Under the pieces are notes generated by a model. It saw only the letters and a list, made by a program, of their open reading frames with translations, ran no database searches and had not been told where the DNA came from. Positions 21,966 through 30,971 of a stretch of 64,000 nt of DNA are shown piece by piece. A program made the position numbers and the translations under genes. Each line of letters opens with the position of its first letter. The stretch's first letter is position 1. Origin of the DNA: Endomicrobiia bacterium (GTDB taxonomy: Bacteria > Elusimicrobiota > Endomicrobiia > DTEH01); contig JBCNUU010000001.1 in NCBI GenBank assembly GCA_039630545.1, positions 192,001 to 256,000 on the forward strand. The letters are read 5' to 3'.

Positions 21966-24422
21966 ATGAGTTGGCAAGAAAATTTTTTAGAAAAGGAATT
22001 ATTCTGGCAAAAGAAGTGGGAAGAAAATAAAATTTTTAAAACAGAAGTTAAGCTAGATAAAAAAAAATTTTATTGTCTTGTTATGTTTCCTTATCCGTCA
22101 GGAAAAATCCACATGGGGCATGTAAGAAATTATGTGATAGGGGATGTTATTGCAAGTTACTGGCGAATGAAGGGGTATAATGTATTTCATCCAATAGGTT
22201 GGGATGCTTTTGGTCTTCCTGCGGAAAACGCTGCTATAAAACATAATGTCCATCCTGAAAAATGGACAAAGAATAATATTCAAAATATGCGAGATCAACT
22301 TAAACGTTTAGGTATAAGTTATAACTGGGATGTTGAAATTACGACTTGTGAACCAAGTTACTATAAATGGAATCAATGGTTTTTTATTAAAATGTTTGAA
22401 AGAGGATTAGTCTATAAGAAAAAAGCATTAGTTAATTGGTGTCCAAAATGTCAAACAGTTCTTGCTAATGAGCAGGCTCAGCAGGGTGTATGCTGGAGAT
22501 GTGATAATATAGTTGAACAAAAAGAGCTTGACCAATGGTTTATAAAAATTACAGAATATGCAGAAAAATTACTGGATGGTCATAAATTTTTAGAAAATAA
22601 CTGGCCTCCAGAAGTTTTAACAATGCAAAAAAATTGGATTGGAAAATCAGAAGGTGCAGAAATAAAATTTGCAGTTAGAGATTCAGATTTTAATGAAATA
22701 GTTGTTTTTACAACAAGAGCTGATACTTTATTTGGTGCGACATTTATAGCTGTAGCACCAGAACATGATTTTTCAAAACTTGTTGCAAAAAATAATTTTA
22801 AAGTTGCTGAATATCTCAACAAAATACTTAAAAAACCTCTTAATGAGAGAAAACTTGCTAAAGAGAAAACTGGTATATTTAGTGGTTTTTACGGTATAAA
22901 TCCAATAAATAATGAAGCTATACCGATATACATTGCTGATTATGTTTTAATGGAGTATGGAACAGGAGCTATAATGTGTGTACCAGCTCATGATCAGAGA
23001 GATTTTGAATTTGCTAAAACACACAATATTACTATTAGAGAAGTAATAAAACCTTTATCAGGTACTACAACATTGCCAGAAGCTGCTTATGAACTGGATG
23101 GTATAATGGTAAATTCTGATAGATTCAGTGGTTTGTCATCATATGAAGGGAGAATAAAAATTATAGAATATCTTGAGTCAAAAAATTTAGGAAGAAAAAA
23201 AATCTACTATAAACTAAAAGATTGGTTAATTTCAAGACAGAGATACTGGGGTACTCCAATACCTATAATATACTGTGAAAAATGTGGGATTTTAACTGTA
23301 AAAGAAGAAGATTTGCCTGTGATGTTACCTCAGAATGTACACATTACAGGTACAGGTGAATCACCTCTTAAGTATATAGAGGAATGGGTAAATACTAAAT
23401 GCCACAAATGTGGTGGCAATGCTAAACGAGAAACTGATACCATGGATACTTTTGTTGATTCTTCGTGGTATTATGCAAGATATTGTGATTCTAAAAATGA
23501 TAAAGAACCTTTTGATGTTAATATTACAAATTACTGGTTACCTGTGGATCAGTACATAGGTGGTATTGAGCATGCATGTATGCATTTAATATATTCGAGA
23601 TTTTGGCATAAATTTATGTATGATTTAGGTTTGGTAAAGACAGAAGAACCATTTTTAAAACTTTTAACCCAAGGAATGGTAACTTTAGGTGGAGTAGCTA
23701 TGTCAAAATCCAGAGGTAATATTGTAGAACCCGATGAGATAATTTCTAAATATGGTGCAGATACAACAAGATTGTTTATTCTTTTTGCAGCTCCACCCCA
23801 GAAACAACTTGAATGGTCTGATAAAGGTGTTGAAGGATGCTGGAGGTTTATTAATCGTGTTGATAGACTTGTTGAAAAATTTTTGGAAGTCAAAAATAAA
23901 AAACAATTAGATACAGAGCAGCAAGAATATGAAAAAGAAAAGAAGTATCTTCTATCAGAATACAATAAACTTTTAAAAGGAATAATTTTAGATATTGAAA
24001 AAGAATATCAGTTTAATACTGCTATTGCAAAAACTATGGAAATAACAAATTTATTGTATTCCTACAAGTATTTTGGCGATGAAGTTTCAGAAAAGGTTTT
24101 AAAAGAATTAGTTGTAATTCTTTCTTTATTTACTCCGCATTTATCTGAGGAGCTTTGGTATAAACTTGGAGAAAAATTTTCAGTAAGAAAGACAAACTTT
24201 CCTGAGTATAATGAAGATTTAATTATTGAAGATAAAATAGAAATTCCTATAGAAATTAATGGTAAATTAAAATCTAAAATTTTAGTTGACAAAGATTTGC
24301 CTGAAGAAGATCTTAAAAGAATTATATTAAAAGACACAAAGATACTACAAGCTTTACAGAATAAAAAAATTTTAAAATGGGTAATCATTAAAAATAAACT
24401 TGTAAATATTGTGCTTGAATAA
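21966..24422 (+). CDS. leuS: leucyl-tRNA synthetase
   Basis: [24 protein letters not shown], editing-domain [16 protein letters not shown]. Confidence 0.98.
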   Translation: MSWQENFLEKELFWQKKWEENKIFKTEVKLDKKKFYCLVMFPYPSGKIHMGHVRNYVIGDVIASYWRMKGYNVFHPIGWDAFGLPAENAAIKHNVHPEKWTKNNIQNMRDQLKRLGISYNWDVEITTCEPSYYKWNQWFFIKMFERGLVYKKKALVNWCPKCQTVLANEQAQQGVCWRCDNIVEQKELDQWFIKITEYAEKLLDGHKFLENNWPPEVLTMQKNWIGKSEGAEIKFAVRDSDFNEIVVFTTRADTLFGATFIAVAPEHDFSKLVAKNNFKVAEYLNKILKKPLNERKLAKEKTGIFSGFYGINPINNEAIPIYIADYVLMEYGTGAIMCVPAHDQRDFEFAKTHNITIREVIKPLSGTTTLPEAAYELDGIMVNSDRFSGLSSYEGRIKIIEYLESKNLGRKKIYYKLKDWLISRQRYWGTPIPIIYCEKCGILTVKEEDLPVMLPQNVHITGTGESPLKYIEEWVNTKCHKCGGNAKRETDTMDTFVDSSWYYARYCDSKNDKEPFDVNITNYWLPVDQYIGGIEHACMHLIYSRFWHKFMYDLGLVKTEEPFLKLLTQGMVTLGGVAMSKSRGNIVEPDEIISKYGADTTRLFILFAAPPQKQLEWSDKGVEGCWRFINRVDRLVEKFLEVKNKKQLDTEQQEYEKEKKYLLSEYNKLLKGIILDIEKEYQFNTAIAKTMEITNLLYSYKYFGDEVSEKVLKELVVILSLFTPHLSEELWYKLGEKFSVRKTNFPEYNEDLIIEDKIEIPIEINGKLKSKILVDKDLPEEDLKRIILKDTKILQALQNKKILKWVIIKNKLVNIVLE

Positions 24423-24441
24423 AAAAACTTTAAATTAAAAT

Positions 24442-24942
24442 ATGAAATGTCCTTTTTGTGATGAAAACGATACCTATGTTGTGGATACCAGAACTCTGAA
24501 AGGAGCTTCTGTAATTCGTAGAAGAAGAATTTGCAAAAAATGCCAAAAAAAGTTTACTACATATGAACGTGTAGAAGAACCTTTAGTAAATGTTATTAAG
24601 TCTGACGGGAGAAGAGAACCTTTTGATGCAAACAAGATAAAAGAAGGAATATTAAAAGCAGTAGAAAAACGTCCTGTGACAGTTGAGGAGGTAGAAAAAA
24701 TTGTTGCTGAAGTTCAACAAGAAATCTCAAAAAAGTTTGTTTTAGAAGTTCCAAGTTCTCTTATTGGGAAAATTGTTTTAGAAAAGCTTTTTCCTGTTGA
24801 TCCTGTAGCATATGTGAGGTTTGCATCTGTTTATTACCAGTACGATAGTATAGATAAATTTCTTAAAGAGCTTAAAGAACTTAAAAAGAGATATTTATTA
24901 AAAGATAAAAAAAAGAAAGGTAATAAAAATGCAAAATCATGA
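24442..24942 (+). CDS. nrdR: transcriptional repressor NrdR
   Basis: MKCPFC...IRRRRIC...FTTYE zinc ribbon, ATP-cone (VIKSDGRREPFD), VAYVRFASVY. Confidence 0.96.
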   Translation: MKCPFCDENDTYVVDTRTLKGASVIRRRRICKKCQKKFTTYERVEEPLVNVIKSDGRREPFDANKIKEGILKAVEKRPVTVEEVEKIVAEVQQEISKKFVLEVPSSLIGKIVLEKLFPVDPVAYVRFASVYYQYDSIDKFLKELKELKKRYLLKDKKKKGNKNAKS

Positions 24943-26053
24943 AGTTATAGAAACATTATATGATGAAATAAAATCTTCAGGATATAACTTAGAAGAGGTT
25001 GTTTCTGGTGATGTTGTGCCTCCTGATACGGTGAGAGAAAAAATTAACAAATTAGTCTCTCTGGATCCTAATTTTTATTCTAATCTACTATCAAAACTTT
25101 TATCTGAGGAATTTGATGAGGAAGTAGCTAAAAAATTATGGTTTGAGATTCTTGAGCATAAATACCGCATTTCGGAAAAATTAGGAAGAAATGTGGGAAT
25201 TAGAGTTGCTACATTGGATTATCTTGAAAATATAAAGAAGATTATCAAAGCTCCTAAAATTATAGAAGAAGAAGAATTTATAAAAACTTTAAAATTAGCT
25301 ACAAGAGACCCCCTTACAGGGCTGTACAACAGAAGATATTTATTTGACTATGTTAGACAGTTGATAAGAAAAAAACAAAGATTTTCCTTAGCTTTTTTAG
25401 ATCTGGATGGATTTAAAAGATATAATGATAAAGAAGGACATCAAGCAGGTGATGTGATTCTTCAAGAATTTGCTGCAGTTTTAAAATTAAGTTTTAACGA
25501 TGAAAACAAATATATAGTTGGAAGATATGGTGGTGATGAATTTATTTTATGTATGCTTGATGTAGATAAAAGAACAGCTCAGGATATCCTGGATAAATTT
25601 AGACAGGAAATTCAAAGACAGTTTGCTGAAATAAAAATAACAGTAAGTATAGGTGTATGTGAATACAATCCGGATCTTGAAAAATCAGATGTTAAAGATT
25701 TTGATGAACTTATTGAAAAAGCTGATGAACTTTTGTATAGAGTAAAAGAATTTGGTGGGAACAAGGTGTTTAGATTAAGAACAATATTTTTTTATTATAC
25801 TCCGGAGGGAAATTCTGCTCCTAAAGAGGTGGCGGTGGTGGGTGATTTTAATAACTGGGATAGAAAAAAAGGGCAGATGCAGTTCATATCACAACAAAAC
25901 TTGTGGTGCAAAAAAATGTTACTTAAACCGGGAGTTTATAAGTATAAGTTTCTAATAGATACAAACATATGGTTAGCAGACAAAAATGCTAAATTTTTTG
26001 CTGATGATGGATTTGGTGGTAAATGTTCTGTCATCACAGTAGCTGAGAAATAA
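24929..26053 (+). CDS. diguanylate cyclase (GGDEF) with a C-terminal glycogen-binding CBM48 (AMPK-beta-like) domain
   Basis: DPLTGLYNRR, DLDGFKRYND, RYGGDEF (GGDEF codons 25529-25543). C-terminal VAVVGDFNNW...PGVYKYKFLID..W..D...DGFGG. Confidence 0.9.
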   Translation: MQNHEVIETLYDEIKSSGYNLEEVVSGDVVPPDTVREKINKLVSLDPNFYSNLLSKLLSEEFDEEVAKKLWFEILEHKYRISEKLGRNVGIRVATLDYLENIKKIIKAPKIIEEEEFIKTLKLATRDPLTGLYNRRYLFDYVRQLIRKKQRFSLAFLDLDGFKRYNDKEGHQAGDVILQEFAAVLKLSFNDENKYIVGRYGGDEFILCMLDVDKRTAQDILDKFRQEIQRQFAEIKITVSIGVCEYNPDLEKSDVKDFDELIEKADELLYRVKEFGGNKVFRLRTIFFYYTPEGNSAPKEVAVVGDFNNWDRKKGQMQFISQQNLWCKKMLLKPGVYKYKFLIDTNIWLADKNAKFFADDGFGGKCSVITVAEK

Positions 26054-26095
26054 AAATTTCATTAATATTAAATATTAAAAGGGAGGTATAAATTT

Positions 26096-26278
26096 ATGTC
26101 AGAAATTCTTGTGGTAGTAAGTAAAATAAAAAAGATGGTAAAAGAGCAAGGTTTAAGAACAGGTGAAGGTTTTATAGAAGCTCTATCTAAAAAAGTTGAA
26201 GAAATGGTGAAAAATGCTGCCCAGAAAGTGAAATCTGAAGGTAAAAAGAAAACCCTCGGAGCTGAAGATTTAATGTAA
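26096..26278 (+). CDS. bacterial histone-fold protein (Bdellovibrio Bd0055-like singlet)
   Basis: 60-aa basic protein: EILVVVSKIKKMVK (alpha1), RTG loop, long alpha2, KKTLGAED (L2/alpha3). Strong SD GGAGGT at 26082-26087. Confidence 0.88.
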   Translation: MSEILVVVSKIKKMVKEQGLRTGEGFIEALSKKVEEMVKNAAQKVKSEGKKKTLGAEDLM

Positions 26279-26285
26279 GTTTTGT

Positions 26286-26322
26286 TAAAGATTGTAAAGA
26301 TTGTAAAGATGTAAAGTTGTAA
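26286..26322 (+). repeat. degenerate 9-bp tandem repeat (TAAAGATTG) x4
   Basis: TAAAGATTG TAAAGATTG TAAAGATG TAAAGTTG TAA read directly between the histone and kinase genes. Confidence 0.85.
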
Positions 26323-26335
26323 AAACTATTTATAA

Positions 26336-26929
26336 ATGACAAACAAAATAATTATTGGTATTACAGGACCAAACGCTTCAGGAAAAAGTGAAGTAATAAA
26401 ATATCTTGTAAAAAAAAAATTCTACAGTGCTTCTTTATCAGATATTTTAAGAAAAAAAGCAAAGGAGTATAACTTAGGATCTGACAGAGAGACACTTATT
26501 AAGTTAGGTAATGATTTACGCAAGAAATATGGTTGTGGGATTTTAGCAAAATGGCTCATAAAAGATCTCGATAAGGTTTTTAAAAATAAAATAGTCATAG
26601 ATAGTATAAGAAATGTTTCTGAAATAAAAGAATTTAAAAAGAAATTTAAAGATAATTTCTATCTTATTTATATTACAGCACCCAAGAAAAGAAGATTTAA
26701 ATTTATGCAGTTGCGCAAGCGACAAGGAGATCCTGTTAGTTATAAGGAATTTTTAGAAATAGAAAAAAAAGAAAATTCTAATAAATCTTACCAGCAACAG
26801 ATAAATAAATGTAAGGAATATAGAGATTTTTTTATTAATAATAACTCTACATTAAAAGAGCTTTATAAAAAAGTTGATATAATTATAAAAAAAATAGATG
26901 AGAAAAATTTTGCGACCAAGTTGGGATGA
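26336..26929 (+). CDS. P-loop NMP-kinase/dephospho-CoA-kinase-like protein
   Basis: IIGITGPNASGKS Walker A, SLSDILR, VIDSIRN..E, INNNSTL. Confidence 0.8.
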   Translation: MTNKIIIGITGPNASGKSEVIKYLVKKKFYSASLSDILRKKAKEYNLGSDRETLIKLGNDLRKKYGCGILAKWLIKDLDKVFKNKIVIDSIRNVSEIKEFKKKFKDNFYLIYITAPKKRRFKFMQLRKRQGDPVSYKEFLEIEKKENSNKSYQQQINKCKEYRDFFINNNSTLKELYKKVDIIIKKIDEKNFATKLG

Positions 26930-27380
26930 ATATTTTTTGAAATTAGCCTTCCTTGTAGCTGAAAGATCCACCTGCTTGAGGCATCATGTAGGTGCTGTTA
27001 TTGTTAGGGATAGGAGAATTTTAACTACAGGTTATAATGGTGCGCCTGTTGGATGTCAAGATTGTTTGCAACTTGGTTGTTTAAGAGATGAGTTAGGTGT
27101 TCCTTCAGGAGAAAGACATGAAATTTGTCGTGCTGTTCATGCTGAGCAAAATGCTATTGTTCAAGCAGGAGTTCATGGGATAGACATTACTAATGCAACA
27201 ATGTATTGTACCCATTCACCCTGTGTAATCTGTGCCAAAATGATAGTTAATGCTAAAATAAAACGGTTTGTAACAGCACAAGATTATTCAGATAATAGTT
27301 TTAGAAAATTATTTGACGAGGCAAAAATAGAATTTGTTAAGTTACCTATTCCATTGTTGGAAATTTCTTTGCTGCTTTAA
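26898..27380 (+). CDS. dCMP deaminase (ComEB-like)
   Basis: RPSWDEYF, RSTC...VGAVIV, TGYNG, HAEQNA, PCxxC. Confidence 0.93.
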   Translation: MRKILRPSWDEYFLKLAFLVAERSTCLRHHVGAVIVRDRRILTTGYNGAPVGCQDCLQLGCLRDELGVPSGERHEICRAVHAEQNAIVQAGVHGIDITNATMYCTHSPCVICAKMIVNAKIKRFVTAQDYSDNSFRKLFDEAKIEFVKLPIPLLEISLLL

Positions 27381-27382
27381 TT

Positions 27383-27895
27383 TTATGCCCATTCTCTTAC
27401 AGGATAGTTATTTTTGTAAACAATTTTTGTTTCGTATATTGGTTCAACAATCTCGTCAGGTTTAAACCATAATTTTATTTCTCTTTCTGCTGATTCTTCA
27501 GAATCAGAACAATGTATAACATTTTCCATAATTCCTTTTTTGTTAATTCGTCCATATGCTCCTCTTATAGTGGTAGGATCGGCTTCAAGAGGGTTAGTAG
27601 CACCAGCTATTTTTCTTACTCTCTCTATAGCATCTACTCCTTCATAAACAAATACTAATATGCGTTCATATTCTGGACCGTATATTTTACCGGAAAAATA
27701 TTCATATAAATCATCAAAGAATGGTTTGTCAACAAGATGTGCATAATGTTTTTCTGCCAGCTCTCTTGTTACTTTTACAACTTTTGCACCAATTATTCTT
27801 AATTTAGCTTCAGAAAGACGTGTTAGTATGTTGCCTGTTAATGATTTTACTAAGGCATCTGGTTTTATTATTATTAAGGTATACTGGTGTTTCAT
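27383..27895 (-). CDS. ndk: nucleoside diphosphate kinase
   Basis: IIKPDA, HYAH..KPFF, GATNP, TIRG, N..HCSDS.ESAEREI..WF. Confidence 0.95.
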   Translation of the reverse strand: MKHQYTLIIIKPDALVKSLTGNILTRLSEAKLRIIGAKVVKVTRELAEKHYAHLVDKPFFDDLYEYFSGKIYGPEYERILVFVYEGVDAIERVRKIAGATNPLEADPTTIRGAYGRINKKGIMENVIHCSDSEESAEREIKLWFKPDEIVEPIYETKIVYKNNYPVREWA

Positions 27896-27913
27896 AGGAG
27901 ATTACATTTACAA

Positions 27914-27940
27914 TTTAAGATTTTTAAGATTTTTAAGATT
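27914..27940 (+). repeat. perfect 9-bp tandem repeat (TTTAAGATT) x3
   Basis: Read directly in the ndk/rho divergent intergenic region. Confidence 0.85.
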
Positions 27941-27988
27941 ATAATTTTAGATAAATTTTATACAACAAAAAATTTTTATTTTCAACTA

Positions 27989-28017
27989 TTGACAGAAAAT
28001 TTTTTTTATTTTATATA
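27989..28017 (+). promoter_or_regulatory. putative sigma70 promoter for rho
   Basis: Perfect TTGACA (27989-27994), 17-nt spacer, imperfect -10 TATATA (28012-28017). Confidence 0.45.
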
Positions 28018-28303
28018 AATTAAAAGACAAATGAAACCTACCATGGAGCTAGATAATGAAAATTTCTTGTTCTAACCTTTGCATCAATAAGACAACAATT
28101 TTTATAATTTTTAATCTTTTTATATTGTTAAAAAGTTGAAATAAATTGAATATAACTATTTTAATCTCATTGAAAGTTCCTTTTCGGTATGTGTCTTGCT
28201 TTATTCTTTAAAATTTTACTTTCTTTTAAGAATACCGAAAAAATATCTTTTAAAAATATTTAAAATATTGGAAAATTTATAGCTAAGGAGGTAAAAAAAC
28301 ATT

Positions 28304-29605
28304 ATGACTTTACAACAAGTTACCTTTGATATGTCTTCTCTTGCTAAAATGAAAGTTCAAGAATTAGCAAAACTTGCTAAAGAACTTAAAATAGAAAACA
28401 TAGAAGGTCTAAAAAAACAACAGTTAATATCTAAAATTATAGAAGTGCAGTCACAAACAAACGGTCTTATGTATAATGAAGGTGTGCTTGAGATTCTGCC
28501 TGATGGATTTGGTTTTTTGAGATCGCAAAATTTTAATTACCTTCAAAGCAATGAAGATATATACATTTCTCCTTCGCAAATCAAAAAATTTGGTTTAAGA
28601 AAAGGTGATACTGTCGGAGGTTATGTAAGACCACCTAAAAATGATGAAAAATATTATGCTTTGTTGCAGATAAAAACTGTAAATGGTGAAGATCCAGAGA
28701 AAATCAGAAATAGACCTTTATTTGATAATTTAACACCTTTATATCCTCAAGAACAAATAAAACTTGAAACAGATCGTTATGAAATTTCTACTAGAGTAAT
28801 TGATTTGCTTACTCCATTGGGTAAAGGTCAAAGAGCTTTAATTAACGCAGCACCAAGAACAGGTAAAACCGTTCTTTTGCAAAAAATTGCCAATGCTATA
28901 ACTAAAAATTACCCAAACATAAAACTAATAGCTCTTTTAATAGATGAGCGTCCAGAAGAAGTAACAGATATGATAAGAACTGTAAAGTGTGAAGTGATTT
29001 CTTCCACATTTGATGAACCAGCGGAAAGACATGTACAAGTAGCAGAAATGGTTTTAGAAAAAGCTAAAAGATTAGTGGAACATGGTCACGATGTGGTAAT
29101 ATTATTGGATTCAATTACCAGATTAGCTAGGGCATATAACACAATTACACCTTCAAGTGGTAGGGTGTTATCTGGAGGTTTAGATGCTACTGCTTTACAA
29201 AGACCAAAAAGATTCTTTGGATCCGCAAGAAAGGTTGAGGAAGGTGGTTCTTTAACAATAATTGCGACTGCGTTGGTAGAAACCGGTTCAAGAATGGATG
29301 ATGTTATATTTGAAGAATTTAAAGGTACAGGTAATATGGAAATATACCTGGATAGAAAACTTGCAGATAGACGAGTTTTTCCAGCTATAGATATTACCCG
29401 TTCAGGAACAAGAAAAGAAGAGCTTTTAATAAATGAAAAAGATCTGAAAAAGATATGGATATTAAGGAAAATACTAATGCAGATGTCTCCTATTGAAGCA
29501 ATGGAAAAATTAATAGAAGTATTAAAAAGAACAAAGTCAAATGCTGAATTTTTAAAATCTCTGGGTGATAAAGTTGAGGAGATAGACATAGAATCTTTAC
29601 TTTAA
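28304..29605 (+). CDS. rho: transcription termination factor Rho
   Basis: [66 protein letters not shown] at 28284-28292. Confidence 0.99.
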   Translation: MTLQQVTFDMSSLAKMKVQELAKLAKELKIENIEGLKKQQLISKIIEVQSQTNGLMYNEGVLEILPDGFGFLRSQNFNYLQSNEDIYISPSQIKKFGLRKGDTVGGYVRPPKNDEKYYALLQIKTVNGEDPEKIRNRPLFDNLTPLYPQEQIKLETDRYEISTRVIDLLTPLGKGQRALINAAPRTGKTVLLQKIANAITKNYPNIKLIALLIDERPEEVTDMIRTVKCEVISSTFDEPAERHVQVAEMVLEKAKRLVEHGHDVVILLDSITRLARAYNTITPSSGRVLSGGLDATALQRPKRFFGSARKVEEGGSLTIIATALVETGSRMDDVIFEEFKGTGNMEIYLDRKLADRRVFPAIDITRSGTRKEELLINEKDLKKIWILRKILMQMSPIEAMEKLIEVLKRTKSNAEFLKSLGDKVEEIDIESLL

Positions 29606-29638
29606 TACATCTCTTTATTTATCTTACCGTTATTAGTA

Positions 29639-30967
29639 ATGAATTCAATAAATAAAGCTAAAAGTTTATATTTTTCCTTTATTGATGGTTTCTTTGCATC
29701 TATTATGACTGGCTTGACTATGAACTATATAATTCCATTTGGGATTTTACTTGGTGCAAAAAATTTCCAAGTAGGAGTATTGAATGCTTTACCTCAGCTT
29801 TTAGGTTCTGTAGTTCAGCTAAAAACGGCAGACATTGTGGAGAAAACTAAAAGTAGATTGAGAATAGTGACTCTGTTTGTGTATTTACACGGTTTAAGTT
29901 TTTTTTTGGTTTTATTTCTTGATTTTTTTCCTGACAAAGTTAACTGGTTTATATTTGTGGTTACTTTATCTACAGCTTTGACTTCAATAGCAGGCCCTGC
30001 GTGGTGGTCATTGATGAGTGATACTGTAGAAAAAGAAAGATATGGAGAGTATTTTGCCTGGCGTGGAAAAGTTTTAGGGATTGTTAGTTTAATTTCTAGT
30101 TTTGTTGCTGGATTTTTTTTAGGGATTGTTAAAAATAAGTTTTATGGATTTTTGATCTTGTTTGTAGTAGCAGGTTGTATGAGGTTGATTTCTGGATATT
30201 TCATAAGTAGAATGGAAGATATACCATTAAAAATTTCACAAAAATATAGATTTAGTTATCTTCAATTTATAAGTAGAATTAAAGAAAGTAATTTTGTAAA
30301 GTATGTTATGTTTGTATCTTTATTTAATTTTGCTGTAGCTATTTCTTCTCCCTTTTTTAGTGTTTATATGTTGAAAGAATTAAATATGGATTATTATCAA
30401 TATACAATTGTTAGTTTATCTTCTTCTATTTCTACTTTGCTATTTTTACCATTTTGGGGTAAAATGTCTGATAGAATTGGCAATGTAAGAGTAATAAAAA
30501 TTACTGGTTTTTTGATATGTTTTGTGCCAATTCTGTGGATATTTTCTTCGGATTTATTGTATCTAATTTTAATAAATGGTATCGCTGGTTATGTGTGGGC
30601 AGGTTTTAACTTAGCAACAGTAAATTTTATATTTGATGCAGCAAACGAAGAAGTAAGAACAAGATGTGTAGGATATTTTGGTTTTACTAATGGCATATTT
30701 ATATTTTTGGGCAATTTGATTTCTGGATGGTTGGCAACTCATTTGCCTAGTTTAGTAAGAAATTCCAGTTTACTTACTTTATTTACTGTATCAGGAATTT
30801 TAAGATTAATATGCATTTTAGTATTTAGAAATAAATTTTATGAAGTAAAACCAGTTGAAAATGTTGATACCAAAGAGCTTCTATTTACAGTGCTTGGTAT
30901 CAAACCAGCTCTTGATTTTAGTAAAGATATTTTTTATCCTTTGTATAGAAAACTAAATAATAAATAA
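29639..30967 (+). CDS. MFS transporter
   Basis: About 12 TM segments, WWSLMSD..RYGEYF, WGKMSDRIGN motif-A-like loop. Confidence 0.88.
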   Translation: MNSINKAKSLYFSFIDGFFASIMTGLTMNYIIPFGILLGAKNFQVGVLNALPQLLGSVVQLKTADIVEKTKSRLRIVTLFVYLHGLSFFLVLFLDFFPDKVNWFIFVVTLSTALTSIAGPAWWSLMSDTVEKERYGEYFAWRGKVLGIVSLISSFVAGFFLGIVKNKFYGFLILFVVAGCMRLISGYFISRMEDIPLKISQKYRFSYLQFISRIKESNFVKYVMFVSLFNFAVAISSPFFSVYMLKELNMDYYQYTIVSLSSSISTLLFLPFWGKMSDRIGNVRVIKITGFLICFVPILWIFSSDLLYLILINGIAGYVWAGFNLATVNFIFDAANEEVRTRCVGYFGFTNGIFIFLGNLISGWLATHLPSLVRNSSLLTLFTVSGILRLICILVFRNKFYEVKPVENVDTKELLFTVLGIKPALDFSKDIFYPLYRKLNNK

Positions 30968-30971
30968 TCTT

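Noticed and set aside
26286..26322. Possible CRISPR array at the short repeats (also 27914-27940)
   Set aside because: The units are 9 bp with no spacers, and no cas genes are present.
24423..28303. NrdR boxes near nrdR, the dCMP deaminase gene or ndk
   Set aside because: No convincing acaCwAtATaTwGtg-like palindrome found by eye. A PWM scan would be needed.
29086..29589. 167-aa minus-strand ORF, and the many other minus-strand ORFs inside genes (e.g. 23549-23965, 32042-32440, 42705-43109, 49690-50079)
   Set aside because: They are antisense shadows of well-supported + strand genes, with Ser/Phe/Ile-rich composition and no motifs.
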